A stretch of 64,000 nucleotides of DNA. Origin: an uncultured Muribaculaceae bacterium (GTDB lineage Bacteria; Bacillota_I; Bacilli_A; RF39; UBA660). The notes below the pieces were generated by a model. It ran no database searches. It had not been told where the DNA came from and saw only the letters and a program-made list of their open reading frames with translations. Location: the NCBI GenBank assembly GCA_964636965.1, contig CAZWST010000002.1, forward strand, positions 12,344 to 76,343, written 5' to 3'. Positions 31,130 to 41,467 of this stretch are shown in pieces; position 1 is the stretch's first letter; every line of letters begins with the position of its first letter. The position numbers were made by a program, and so were the translations under genes.

Positions 31130-31459
31130 ATGAAATATGACTCATTCCTTTATAATTCTAAAACATATACACTAGCAGCATTAATAATTGGTTATATCTT
31201 AATAGAAGAACTATCTGTAGATGATCAAAACGCTGTAGGAAACTGGTTAATGACAATTGGACAAATACTTGATGGTAATGCAGCAATTGCTCAAGCTATT
31301 CAAAACAAAATAGAGGCAAACTCGAATAACAACAATAATTCCTCAAATAACAATAATGACGTCATAATTAATTGCATTAAGGAAGATAAAAAAACAATTC
31401 AAGAATTAAAAGACATGATAAAAAAACTAGAAGATAGATTAGATGATCTCTCTAGATAA
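31130..31459 (+). CDS. small hypothetical protein with poly-Asn tract (109 aa)
   Basis: ORF with a hydrophobic N-terminus and a NNNNNSSNNNN tract. Confidence 0.4.
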   Translation: MKYDSFLYNSKTYTLAALIIGYILIEELSVDDQNAVGNWLMTIGQILDGNAAIAQAIQNKIEANSNNNNNSSNNNNDVIINCIKEDKKTIQELKDMIKKLEDRLDDLSR

Positions 31460-31963
31460 CTTTAAAGTCTTTACTTCACTTAATGTATCTAAATCATCAA
31501 CCAAATAAACGTCTCCTTTTTGAACATAAAAAGTATATTCAGATACCCTTGTAGTTATTAATATATAAGCACCTTCCTTATATACTTTTTTTAATAAAGT
31601 TAAGGGCATATCATCATAAAGCATAAAATTCTTTGGTACTATTTCTATTTTTTGAATGTCTGCTACTAAATCATTTTCAGAGTCCATTCTTGATAATTCT
31701 TTTGCTATATTAAAATCATTTATATTTACTCGATGTCTAATGGCAAGAATACAAGTAATTATCACTAAATTAAATAATCTTAATGATTCATACAAATTAT
31801 AAAAGAAAGGAAGACCAGTAAACGTAGATATAATAAAAGAAAAAGCATTTAAACTAACTCCTAAACAAAATGCAATTTTACTAAAAAAAAGGCATTTAAA
31901 ATGCACTAATTCGTTAAACAATACATCTTTAAAAAAAGTTATGTTAAAATTTAACTTCTTCAT
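31439..31963 (-). CDS. hypothetical membrane protein (174 aa)
   Basis: ORF with 2-3 TM segments. Confidence 0.4.
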   Translation of the reverse strand: MKKLNFNITFFKDVLFNELVHFKCLFFSKIAFCLGVSLNAFSFIISTFTGLPFFYNLYESLRLFNLVIITCILAIRHRVNINDFNIAKELSRMDSENDLVADIQKIEIVPKNFMLYDDMPLTLLKKVYKEGAYILITTRVSEYTFYVQKGDVYLVDDLDTLSEVKTLKLSREII

Positions 31964-32015
31964 ACTATACCTCTATAATAAATATATCATAAAAAACAAG
32001 TATAGATAAAGTGAT

Positions 32016-32600
32016 TTATCGCATTTTTTGATACCCTATTTTATTAATAAATGTATCTATCTCAGATTTATATTCCGGATTGTCTCTATAGTCTACTCCA
32101 TTTAAAACAATGGTTAAAATTGCATCTAATTGATCTTTTAAAGCTGGATCGGTTTTAAAATCATCAAAACTTTTTTCTCTACAGTATTTAATAAAACCCA
32201 AACCATCAAGTTCTTCTCGAGTAATGATATCTACATTCCTTATGTTATTTAATTTGTAATATACTTCTTTATCATATTCAAATAAACTAGTAGGATCATA
32301 ACATACACCATCACACTCAACCCAATAATGAATACCAATATCAGCTGCATCTCCATAAGCAACATATGAATTTGGTATCGCTGTACTTAAAATAAAAGAT
32401 CTTTCCATACAATTGCCTGGAGGAGTTAATGGTCGATTATATTTAATATAAATTATAGAAGGCAAAACAACATAAATGCTATTACGTAAATTATCATAAA
32501 TAGCTGGATCAAACTCCCTTATCTTATTTTCGGTTTCTGCACTATTAAATAAAACTTCTCTTTTATATTTTTTTAATGCTGTAACTATATTTTTTCTCAT
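32016..32600 (-). CDS. hypothetical protein with papain/transglutaminase-like Cys...His...Asp signature
   Basis: GNCMERSF ... GIHYWVECDGVCYDPTS. The pattern is shared with ORF 49852..50541. Confidence 0.4.
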   Translation of the reverse strand: MRKNIVTALKKYKREVLFNSAETENKIREFDPAIYDNLRNSIYVVLPSIIYIKYNRPLTPPGNCMERSFILSTAIPNSYVAYGDAADIGIHYWVECDGVCYDPTSLFEYDKEVYYKLNNIRNVDIITREELDGLGFIKYCREKSFDDFKTDPALKDQLDAILTIVLNGVDYRDNPEYKSEIDTFINKIGYQKMR

Positions 32601-32625
32601 ATAAAACTTCCTTTTAAAATATTAT

Positions 32626-33150
32626 TTATCTTTCTTGTTTAATAGATGAACTTCCATTCTTTATAGTTGATTTTATTACATCGATATTAGATAACATCCC
32701 TAAAAGCACTCTTTCTACTTCATCTTCATCTACACCAATTTGTTCAGAAAAATATGTCTTATTATCAAGTAAGGTTTTAAACATTCTTGCCATTCTAACA
32801 TCACTAGGTGTATTTGCTTCAATTATGGTAATTAAGGTCTCTAAAATTCTTACTAGATAATTATAATTAGCTTCCCCATTTTTTATAAGTGTAGCAATCT
32901 CCGTAACATTAGAAATACTGGATCTAAAACGAGTATAGGAGTTTTTAAAATTACTCTCATTAGAAAAATCAATGTCTTCACTAAAAACTGCAAACTCAAC
33001 AAGAAGTCTATTACATACTTCTTTAATATAATTCCACACGTTGTCTTCATTAACAATTCCTTTTAAACCTCGATGTGCATCTCCGCATATTCCTAGCATA
33101 TAATCCAATTTACCATAAAAGTCCATTTTTATAAATTCAACTTGATTCAT
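32626..33150 (-). CDS. hypothetical helical protein (174 aa)
   Basis: ORF with no recognised motif. Confidence 0.4.
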   Translation of the reverse strand: MNQVEFIKMDFYGKLDYMLGICGDAHRGLKGIVNEDNVWNYIKEVCNRLLVEFAVFSEDIDFSNESNFKNSYTRFRSSISNVTEIATLIKNGEANYNYLVRILETLITIIEANTPSDVRMARMFKTLLDNKTYFSEQIGVDEDEVERVLLGMLSNIDVIKSTIKNGSSSIKQER

Positions 33151-33209
33151 AATAAATCCTCTTCTTAATGAGTGCTATTCTAGCAAAAAAAATAGAAAAT
33201 AGCAAATTA

Positions 33210-35018
33210 CTATTTTCTATTAATTCTAAATCTTTCATTTGGATCAAGAATAGCTTTTCTAAGTCTAATATCATCTGGTGTAATTTCAACATATTCATCA
33301 TCTTCAATGAATTCTAAAGCTTCTTCAAGAGTAAATGTTCTAGGTTTAATTAAAGCTATTGCATCATCAGAACCTGATGCACGAGTATTTGTAAGTTGTT
33401 TATTCTTACATGGATTAACATTTAAATCATTATCACGATTGTGAATACCAATAATCATACCAACATAAACGTCAACTGCAGGTCCAACAATCATTTGACC
33501 TCTATCTTGTAAGTTATATAAAGAGAATCCTAAAGTCTTACCAGATTCCATAGATACAAGTACACCATTTTTACGAGTTGTAAGTTCACCGGCATATGGC
33601 TTATATTGATCAAAAGATCTAACCATTATACCTTCACCCTTAGTATTAGTTATAAAAGCCGAACGATAACCAATTAGTCCTCTAGTTGGTGCACTAAACT
33701 CTAGATGAGTATAATTATCATCACCTGAAACCATACTCATAAGTAGTCCTTTTCTTTCTTGTAAATCAGATATAATAGTTGAAGCGTATTCACTTGGCGT
33801 ATTAATTATAACTGTTTCAAATGGTTCACATTTTTTACCATCAATTTCTTGCATTAAAACAGTTGGTTTAGATACACATAATTCGTATCCTTCACGTCTC
33901 ATATTTTCAAGTAAAATGGATAAATGTAATTCTCCTCTACCGGATACTTTAAATCCATCACTTCCAGGAAGCTCTTCAACTTCAAGTCCAACATTAGTCT
34001 CTAACTCTTTTTCAAGTCTTTCTTTAATATGACGAGTAGTTAAGAATTTACCACTCTTACCAGCAAAAGGTCCATTATTAACAAGGAAGTTCATTGATAA
34101 TGTTGGATGTTCAATCTCAATTGGAGGAAGTGGGTTTGGTTTACCGTGTGTACAAATTGTGTCACCAATTGAAATATGATTACAGCCTGCAACAGTAACT
34201 ATATCTCCATAATAAGCTTCATTCTTTTCACGCTTTTCTAATCCTTCATTAACAAATAATTTACTAATTTTAAATGTTGTTTCTTCTCCATTATTTTTAA
34301 CTAATGTTACCATTTCATTATTTTTAATTTTACCCTTTGTAATTCTACCAATACCTAATCTACCAATATATTCATCATATGCAAGATTTGATATTTGTAA
34401 TTGTAAATCATCAGATTCGTTACCTTCATAAGGTCTAACTTGTGAAAGTATAGTTTCAAGTAATGGTTTAATGTTTTCTTCTCCTAAATCAGTTGGATCA
34501 AGTGTTGCAATTCCTTGTTTTGCTATACCATAAACAATTGGGAAATCTAATTGTTCATCAGTTGCATTAAGTTCAACAAAACAATCAAAAGTCATATTTA
34601 CTACTTCTTCAATACGAGCATCTTTTTTATCTATTTTATTAATAAAAAGAATTGGTCTTAAATTTTGCTCTAAAGCTTTTTTAAGTACAAATCTAGTTTG
34701 TGGCATTACTCCTTCAACTGAATCAACTAGTAAAACTACTGTATCAACAGTTTTAATAACTCTTTCAACTTCTGATGAAAAATCAGCATGTCCAGGAGTA
34801 TCAACAATATTAATTTTATAATCTTTATAACGAATTGCACAATTCTTTGAATAAATTGTGATTCCTCTTTCTCTTTCTATATCATTTGAATCCATCACTT
34901 GTTCTACTACTTCATCATGTTCATTAAACACACCATTTTGTTGAAGTAGTGCATCTACTAAAGTTGATTTACCAGCATCAACGTGAGCTACTACTGCTAT
35001 GTTAATTATTTTATCCAT
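33210..35018 (-). CDS. typA: translational GTPase TypA/BipA
   Basis: IINIAVVAHVDAGKSTLVDALL and DTPGHADF. The start was moved to the ATG at 35018. The 65-codon upstream extension in the ORF track looks spurious. Confidence 0.95.
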   Translation of the reverse strand: MDKIINIAVVAHVDAGKSTLVDALLQQNGVFNEHDEVVEQVMDSNDIERERGITIYSKNCAIRYKDYKINIVDTPGHADFSSEVERVIKTVDTVVLLVDSVEGVMPQTRFVLKKALEQNLRPILFINKIDKKDARIEEVVNMTFDCFVELNATDEQLDFPIVYGIAKQGIATLDPTDLGEENIKPLLETILSQVRPYEGNESDDLQLQISNLAYDEYIGRLGIGRITKGKIKNNEMVTLVKNNGEETTFKISKLFVNEGLEKREKNEAYYGDIVTVAGCNHISIGDTICTHGKPNPLPPIEIEHPTLSMNFLVNNGPFAGKSGKFLTTRHIKERLEKELETNVGLEVEELPGSDGFKVSGRGELHLSILLENMRREGYELCVSKPTVLMQEIDGKKCEPFETVIINTPSEYASTIISDLQERKGLLMSMVSGDDNYTHLEFSAPTRGLIGYRSAFITNTKGEGIMVRSFDQYKPYAGELTTRKNGVLVSMESGKTLGFSLYNLQDRGQMIVGPAVDVYVGMIIGIHNRDNDLNVNPCKNKQLTNTRASGSDDAIALIKPRTFTLEEALEFIEDDEYVEITPDDIRLRKAILDPNERFRINRK

Positions 35019-35246
35019 AATTTCACTTCCCTTTTCAATAACTACTAAATAATACACCATATTTAACGATTTTGCAAGAAAAAATCTAAAGTAGGAATAA
35101 TTAACAACATTACATATTACATATTCAAGTAATTTAATATAAATATTTTGCTCTTTTTGATTAAATATACACCTAAAACAAAATATAAAAAGAAAAAATA
35201 AAGCAATTGTCAAAAATATCTTGTATAATATAATAAAGGTGAAGTT

Positions 35247-37829
35247 ATGAAAGAGAAAATTATAAATAAATTTAAAAACAATAAACTATACATATGTACA
35301 TTTTTAATTGCACTAATAGTAATAAGTGTCTTATATAAATTAAATAATGTAACTCCTTTTGGGAATAGATCTCTTTTATGTGTAGATTTTTATCATCAAT
35401 ATGGCCCAATGATGGGAGAACTTTTCGATAGAATCCATAATCATAGTAATTTTATTTATTCATTTAATATGGCAATGGGCTTACCTTTCTTTAGAAATTT
35501 CTTAAATTATTTATCAAGTCCTTTTAATATAATAATGTTACTTTTTACTAAAGAAGGAGTTCTTACATCTTTTTCAGTTATTATTGGTCTTAAAGCAGTT
35601 GCTTCTGCAGTATCTTGTGTCTATTACTTAAGTAAAAAATTTAAAACAAAAGAGTTATTCTTAATACCTCTCAGTATTATTTACGCTTTTCAAGCTTATT
35701 TTTCAGCATATTATTGGAATATAATGTGGCTAGATGGGTTAGTATTCTTACCCTTAATTACTTTAGGTATTGAAAACATAGTTAATAAACAAAAATGGAA
35801 AAGTTATACTATCTTATTAAGCATTATGTTAATTGCAAATTACTTTATTGGTTACATGATTTGTATATTTGCAGTAGTATATTTTTTAATTTATAATACC
35901 TATAAAATGAAACTAAAAAAAGGATGTATAAAAGAAGAAATTACCAAATGGATTAAAAATTCCTTAACATTTGGCTGTGCATCTCTCTTAGGAGGAATGC
36001 TCACTTTCTTCTTACTTATTCCAATGTTTTCATCAATGTCTTCAATCTCTGCTACTGGTGGAACTATTCCAACAAGTCAATACTATGACTTTGAGCCAAT
36101 CGACTTTTTAAAAGGACATTTAACAGGCGTTCATACAACTGTATTTGCAAGTGATGATATTACTAACCCAAATGTTTCTTGCGGAATATTAAGTATAGCT
36201 CTCTTACTTGCTTATTTAATTAACTTAGAAATACCTATGAAAAATAAAATTACTTATATAATACTAATAGGTGTTTTAGCTTCCGCTTTCTTTATACCTC
36301 AACTTGATTATATACTGCATGCATTCCATGTTCCAAATGACTTACCATATAGATATTCATTCCTATATTCATTTGCACTTGTTATAATAGCTGCTTATGG
36401 ACTTATTAATATAAAGAAAATAAAATTTCCAATACTTGCTTTAGCATATTTATTTTTAATGATACTTCTTCTATCAATATCTCAAGACGATTGGGCGGAT
36501 TTATCAACAAATATGATTTATATAAATATGATAATCTTAACTTTATATTTTATTTTCTATTCTGGAATTTATTTCCTTAATAATATGAAAACATTATTCT
36601 ATCTAGCCTTATGTGCAGTAGCATGTATCGATGTTATAGTTTCTATAAATTATAACTGGGATATAACTCAAGATATGAATCTATTCTATTCAGATTATAA
36701 TGATACTGTAGCACTTTTAAATGCTGTATCTTCTCAAGATGACGAATTATTTTATCGAATAGAAAATACCAATATGATGACTCTTAATGATTCAAGTTGG
36801 TATAACTATTATGGAGTTACATCATTCTCATCAATGGCTTATGAATCAATGGCAATATTACAAAATAATTTAGGTATACCAGGGAATGAAATTAATAGTT
36901 ATTCTTATGTTCAATCTACACCAATATATGACTTAATGTTTGATATAAAATATTTCATTGGTGATACAAATGATTATAAAAGATATATTGAAGTTAAAAC
37001 AATTGAAGAAACAGCTAATGAATTCACTTATAATGTTGGCTTAGGTTTTGGAGTAAATAAAGATGTAAATAATTGGAATCATTCTCACTCAAATCCATTC
37101 ATTGTCCAAAATGATTTCATCGAAAAAACTACTGGAATAAAAGATGTCCTCAAAGAAGCACACTTAAATAGTGTTGATGAAATCTATAATGATGGTGAAA
37201 CTTCTATTTTAAAATATAAATTTGAAAACCCAGGAGATAATTTATACTATTACTCAAGAGACTACACAGTAGACTCAATGATTGTCGGAGATTGTTTATA
37301 CTATAAAGATTCTGAAGATATAGATTTCTCACAATATCCAGAAGAAGTAAACTATACTTATATGGATTCTTATGAAGAAAGAAAAGTTATTAACATTAAT
37401 TCAGGAGAAGACGAAATAACTTTTTATGTTATTTATAAAAATTACTATTCTAAAGGATTTAACCTTTATTACATTGATCATGATAGTTTTAGTAAGTCAG
37501 TTTCAATACTTAAAAATAATAAACTAGATATAACATCATTTAAAGAACATACAATTGAGGGAAATATTTACTTAGAAGATAACATGGATATATATACATC
37601 AATTCCATACGATGAGGGATGGCATGTTTATATAGATGGAAAAGAAGCCAAAACTTATGCGTTAGCTGATGCCTTACTTTCAATAAAAGGAGAGAAAGGA
37701 AATCACAAAATTAAATTCGTCTATAAAATTCCACATTTTAAAATCGGCTGCTTATGTTCAATAATTGCATTGCTAATTTTAATAACTCCACCTATAATTA
37801 AATATATAAAGAGAAAAAAGACTGATTAA
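35247..37829 (+). CDS. yfhO: YfhO-family polytopic membrane protein (glycopolymer glycosylation)
   Basis: 860 aa. The N-terminus PFGNRSLLCVDFYHQYGPM, many TM segments and a large C-terminal ectodomain are typical of YfhO. Confidence 0.78.
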   Translation: MKEKIINKFKNNKLYICTFLIALIVISVLYKLNNVTPFGNRSLLCVDFYHQYGPMMGELFDRIHNHSNFIYSFNMAMGLPFFRNFLNYLSSPFNIIMLLFTKEGVLTSFSVIIGLKAVASAVSCVYYLSKKFKTKELFLIPLSIIYAFQAYFSAYYWNIMWLDGLVFLPLITLGIENIVNKQKWKSYTILLSIMLIANYFIGYMICIFAVVYFLIYNTYKMKLKKGCIKEEITKWIKNSLTFGCASLLGGMLTFFLLIPMFSSMSSISATGGTIPTSQYYDFEPIDFLKGHLTGVHTTVFASDDITNPNVSCGILSIALLLAYLINLEIPMKNKITYIILIGVLASAFFIPQLDYILHAFHVPNDLPYRYSFLYSFALVIIAAYGLINIKKIKFPILALAYLFLMILLLSISQDDWADLSTNMIYINMIILTLYFIFYSGIYFLNNMKTLFYLALCAVACIDVIVSINYNWDITQDMNLFYSDYNDTVALLNAVSSQDDELFYRIENTNMMTLNDSSWYNYYGVTSFSSMAYESMAILQNNLGIPGNEINSYSYVQSTPIYDLMFDIKYFIGDTNDYKRYIEVKTIEETANEFTYNVGLGFGVNKDVNNWNHSHSNPFIVQNDFIEKTTGIKDVLKEAHLNSVDEIYNDGETSILKYKFENPGDNLYYYSRDYTVDSMIVGDCLYYKDSEDIDFSQYPEEVNYTYMDSYEERKVININSGEDEITFYVIYKNYYSKGFNLYYIDHDSFSKSVSILKNNKLDITSFKEHTIEGNIYLEDNMDIYTSIPYDEGWHVYIDGKEAKTYALADALLSIKGEKGNHKIKFVYKIPHFKIGCLCSIIALLILITPPIIKYIKRKKTD

Positions 37830-37840
37830 TCAGTCTTTTT
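37815..37840. terminator. bidirectional terminator: 26-nt perfect palindrome spanning both convergent stop codons
   Basis: The sequence is AAAAAGACTGATTAATCAGTCTTTTT. Confidence 0.6.
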
Positions 37841-38755
37841 ATTTACAAACAACTTACGTATATTAGATTTAGGAATTAATATTTGAACATTTATTTCGTT
37901 TTTAATATCAAATATTTTTGTTCTAATTTCAAGCTTTTCACCATCTACACACCAAGCATTTCTCGGATACTTTTCAAATTTAATTTTAATATGATCAGTT
38001 CTATAAGATTCAAAACCATCTACATGCTCTGCATCTGTCGCTATTAACATTGCCATTGCTCTTAGAATATCTATTTTTCTTGTGTAAGTACAAAATAGAA
38101 CTTCAAAAGTATCATCATCTAATTTAACATCTTTATAGAAGTTATTAAATCCAGCAATACGGGTTGCAGAAGAAATAAGCATAAAAGAATATAATCCATT
38201 TTTCTTTTCACCATTTACTTCATACTCTATCATATAGTTTTTTGTACGAGAAAAGAAGTCTCTTGCTCCACCCAATATATATGCTAAATGTCCATACTTC
38301 TTTTTTAAATCTCTTGGAGTGTCATATGGAATATTCATAAATTTTCCAAATCCAGCGACATATACAAATGGTCTTCCATTTATTAGAGGTATATCCATTC
38401 CTCTTACTTCTCCAGTTAAGCATAGATGAATATTTTTTTCGATATCTTTTCCATAGCCAAACATTACCCCAACATCATTAGTTGTACCAACTGGAATATG
38501 TGCAAGAACCAATCTTTTTTTACGGGATAAATTTCCATGAACTATTTCATTAAAAGTACCGTCTCCACCCATAGAAATAACTAAATCAACATACCCAATA
38601 TGGCTTACAATTTCTTTAGCATGTCCTCTGTATTCTGTACCAATAAAAGACACTGAATAGCCATAGTTTTCAATAATTGATTTATACTTTTTTATGTTTC
38701 TCTTTTTTATCGTATGCCCGCTATTGGGGTTATAAATAACTACACAGGTCTTCAT
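37826..38755 (-). CDS. dagK: diacylglycerol/lipid kinase (DagK/YegS family)
   Basis: VVIYNPNSGH, GGDGTFNE and PVGTTND. Confidence 0.85.
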   Translation of the reverse strand: MKTCVVIYNPNSGHTIKKRNIKKYKSIIENYGYSVSFIGTEYRGHAKEIVSHIGYVDLVISMGGDGTFNEIVHGNLSRKKRLVLAHIPVGTTNDVGVMFGYGKDIEKNIHLCLTGEVRGMDIPLINGRPFVYVAGFGKFMNIPYDTPRDLKKKYGHLAYILGGARDFFSRTKNYMIEYEVNGEKKNGLYSFMLISSATRIAGFNNFYKDVKLDDDTFEVLFCTYTRKIDILRAMAMLIATDAEHVDGFESYRTDHIKIKFEKYPRNAWCVDGEKLEIRTKIFDIKNEINVQILIPKSNIRKLFVNKKTD

Positions 38756-38807
38756 AAATACTTTCCTTTCACAAGAGATTATAGTCTAAGCACATTTTTT
38801 TGTCAAT

Positions 38808-39695
38808 TTAGATATTCTCTTTTAAGAGTTCTATTAATTTATTTGTAGCAAAAGAAGGAATAATATCATTCTTAGTAATCAAACCAATATATCTACTAGG
38901 AATTTTAGGATTAGTTTTAACTTCTATTAGTTCACCACTTTTAAGTTCATCCTTAACGAATTCCTTAACTACGTATCCAACACCAAAACCAATCTTTGTC
39001 ATATCTTGAACCAAACCATAACTAGCTAGAGTCATTTCTGGTTCTAAATACACATCATATTGGCTAACTATCGAATCTAAATAATCTCTCGTATTTGTGC
39101 CCTTAGGTTGCAAAATCAAAGATAATTTATTTAAATCTTTTAAATCTATAATCTTACTTTCTAATTTATAGTTTTTATTAACTACAAAAATATCTTGTAT
39201 TTTCTTTAAATTATAAACATCTGTATCTTTATACCTTTTAACTGGTAAATTAGCAATAACTAAATCAATTAATCCATTCCTTAGCTGAGGTATTAATTCA
39301 GAAGCTTTGTTAGTATAAATTTCTATTTTAATATTTGGATAATTATTATGAAATTCTTCTAAATATGGAAGTAAATATTCTTTTACTAAAGTTCTTGAAA
39401 TACCAATACGTATAAGTCCAGTATTAAGATTAATCATGTCAGTAAACTTATTTTCAGCATTCCTAATATGTTCAATTGCAAGTTTTATATAGTTATGTAA
39501 TTCCTTACCTTCCTCTGTTAACGTAACACCTCTTTTTGTTCTAACAAATAAAGCACCACCCAATTGACTTTCCAAAGATTTAATTGACTTAGAAACCGCA
39601 GGTTGAGATATATGAAGTTTTTCAGCTGCTGCTGTAATATTCTCCGTATTAGCAACCTCATTAAATACACGATAAAGTTCAAAATCGATATTCAT
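38808..39695 (-). CDS. LysR-family transcriptional regulator (paralog of 15756..16640)
   Basis: ITAAAEKLHISQPAVSKSIKSLESQLGGALFVRTKRGVTLT. The start was moved to the ATG at 39695. Confidence 0.85.
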   Translation of the reverse strand: MNIDFELYRVFNEVANTENITAAAEKLHISQPAVSKSIKSLESQLGGALFVRTKRGVTLTEEGKELHNYIKLAIEHIRNAENKFTDMINLNTGLIRIGISRTLVKEYLLPYLEEFHNNYPNIKIEIYTNKASELIPQLRNGLIDLVIANLPVKRYKDTDVYNLKKIQDIFVVNKNYKLESKIIDLKDLNKLSLILQPKGTNTRDYLDSIVSQYDVYLEPEMTLASYGLVQDMTKIGFGVGYVVKEFVKDELKSGELIEVKTNPKIPSRYIGLITKNDIIPSFATNKLIELLKENI

Positions 39696-39817
39696 TTCAA
39701 TACTCCTATCTAATATAACTAACAATTATGTCAGCCATTACAAATATATATTTTTATTATATCATAAAATTTGGTATATTGAAAATGCAAGAGATATAAA
39801 GGAAGTAAGGTGTAATT

Positions 39818-41161
39818 ATGGTAATTAATGTTGGTGACATAATAAAATATGACAGAGTCACAAAAAAAGCAAGATTAGTATCGATTAAAGATAATAAAAT
39901 CTTAATAGCGAACTATAATGGTTACTTTATGTTGCCAGGAGGAAAAGTTGATGGAGAAGAAACTTTCGAAGAAACTTTAAAAAGAGAGATTGAGGAAGAA
40001 TTAGGAATATCATTACATAATGTAAATGAATTAGTAACTGTTAATACATATGCTAAAAATTATTCGAGTAGACTTGATGATAAAGTTCTAGATAAGAAAA
40101 TTCAGACTGTTTATTTCACAACAGAAGAAGAAATTGACATAAATATAAAAAGAAAAAAACTCTCAGAAAAGGAAAAAGAAGGAAGATTTATTATTGGTTA
40201 TATAGATATAAATGAACTAATTGATAAAATCCAAAAAGCTGATTTAAACGATAAACAAAGAATATATGCAAATGAAGTACTAAATGTAATAAACTTTTAT
40301 TTAAAAAATGATAGACTTATAGATTTGCATACTCATACAAATAACTCAGATGGACAATATTCCCCAAATGAAGTAATTGAAAAAGCTATAAACAAAAATA
40401 TTAAAGCAATCGCGATTACTGATCATGATACAGTAAAAGGATTAAGTAACATTAACTATGACGATGAACGAATTAAAATAATTCCCGGAATTGAAATATC
40501 AGTAAAAAGGGAAAAAGGAAGAATGCATATTTTAGGACTTGGAATTGATTATAAAAATGAAAGTCTGCTTAATTTCTTAAAAGAGATGAAAGAAATAAAC
40601 AAATATAATTTAATGAATATAATAAATTATTTATTAAATAATGGAATATATTTTAATCGAGAAGATATAGATAATATTATGCATTTAGATAAAAATGTTG
40701 GAAGACCAGATGTTGCTAAACTTCTAATAAAAGAAGGATATGTAGAAGGTGTTCAAGAAGCATTTGATAAATATTTAATCGAAGCATTTATTAATTCAAG
40801 ACATTTAAATAAAGGTCATAATTATAATGATGTATTAAAAGTCATTACAGAAGCCCAAGGTATTCCTGTACTTGCACATCCAAATTCACTAGAACTTTCA
40901 CATAAAGACTTTGAAGAGTTAATTGATGACATGGTTAAAAATAATTTAAAAGGATTAGAAATATTTCATCCAAATTTAAGTGAAGAAGAAAGAGAATACT
41001 ATAAAGGTGTTGCAGACTACTATAACTTATTTATATCAGGTGGTACAGATTATCACGGAGAAAAAGTTAAACCAACTATTGATCTAGGAACAGGAAATGA
41101 TAACATTTATATTACTGAATTACCAATATTAAGAGAACTATCAAAAAGAACTTATAAATAA
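39818..41161 (+). CDS. NUDIX hydrolase fused to a PHP (TrpH/YciV-like) phosphoesterase domain
   Basis: The NUDIX box is GGKVDGEETFEETLKREIEEELG. The PHP motifs are IDLHTHTNNSDGQYSP, AITDHD and GGTDYHG. Confidence 0.75.
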   Translation: MVINVGDIIKYDRVTKKARLVSIKDNKILIANYNGYFMLPGGKVDGEETFEETLKREIEEELGISLHNVNELVTVNTYAKNYSSRLDDKVLDKKIQTVYFTTEEEIDINIKRKKLSEKEKEGRFIIGYIDINELIDKIQKADLNDKQRIYANEVLNVINFYLKNDRLIDLHTHTNNSDGQYSPNEVIEKAINKNIKAIAITDHDTVKGLSNINYDDERIKIIPGIEISVKREKGRMHILGLGIDYKNESLLNFLKEMKEINKYNLMNIINYLLNNGIYFNREDIDNIMHLDKNVGRPDVAKLLIKEGYVEGVQEAFDKYLIEAFINSRHLNKGHNYNDVLKVITEAQGIPVLAHPNSLELSHKDFEELIDDMVKNNLKGLEIFHPNLSEEEREYYKGVADYYNLFISGGTDYHGEKVKPTIDLGTGNDNIYITELPILRELSKRTYK

Positions 41162-41219
41162 ATAAGTTCTTTTTTTCTATATTTTTAATAGACTATAATA
41201 TAAATATAAAAATAATTCA

Positions 41220-41248
41220 TTGACAAGAAGAAGTTATTAATGTACAAT
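41220..41248 (+). promoter_or_regulatory. consensus sigma-A promoter with extended -10 for tRNA-Cys
   Basis: TTGACA, a 17-nt spacer ending in TG, then TACAAT. Confidence 0.6.
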
Positions 41249-41284
41249 TAAAAAGTGAAAAACGAAATAATATAGTTAATGAAT

Positions 41285-41358
41285 GGGTCTATAGCCAAGT
41301 GGTAAGGCATGGGACTGCAACTCCCTGATCGTTGGTTCAAATCCGACTAGGCCCTCCA
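41285..41358 (+). tRNA. tRNA-Cys (anticodon GCA), CCA encoded
   Basis: I folded the cloverleaf by hand. The acceptor stem is GGGTCTA/TAGGCCC, the T-arm is GTTGG-TTCAAAT-CCGAC, and the anticodon loop is CTGCAAC. Confidence 0.9.
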
Positions 41359-41369
41359 AATAAAAATTC

Positions 41370-41391
41370 GCCCGTTTTATGGGCTTTTTTA
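41370..41391 (+). terminator. intrinsic terminator after tRNA-Cys
   Basis: GCCC-GTTTTAT-GGGC is followed by TTTTTT. Confidence 0.55.
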
Positions 41392-41467
41392 TTTCTTAAA
41401 AAGTTAAAAAACAAACAATAATTGAGACTTAAACTATTTGTCCAATAATATATGACTGTTGGTAGAG

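Noticed and set aside
35019-35213. A 65-codon N-terminal extension of the typA ORF.
   Set aside because: The extension is hydrophobic junk. The canonical BipA N-terminus MDKIINIAVVAHVDAGKST starts at the ATG at 35018 and has an RBS.
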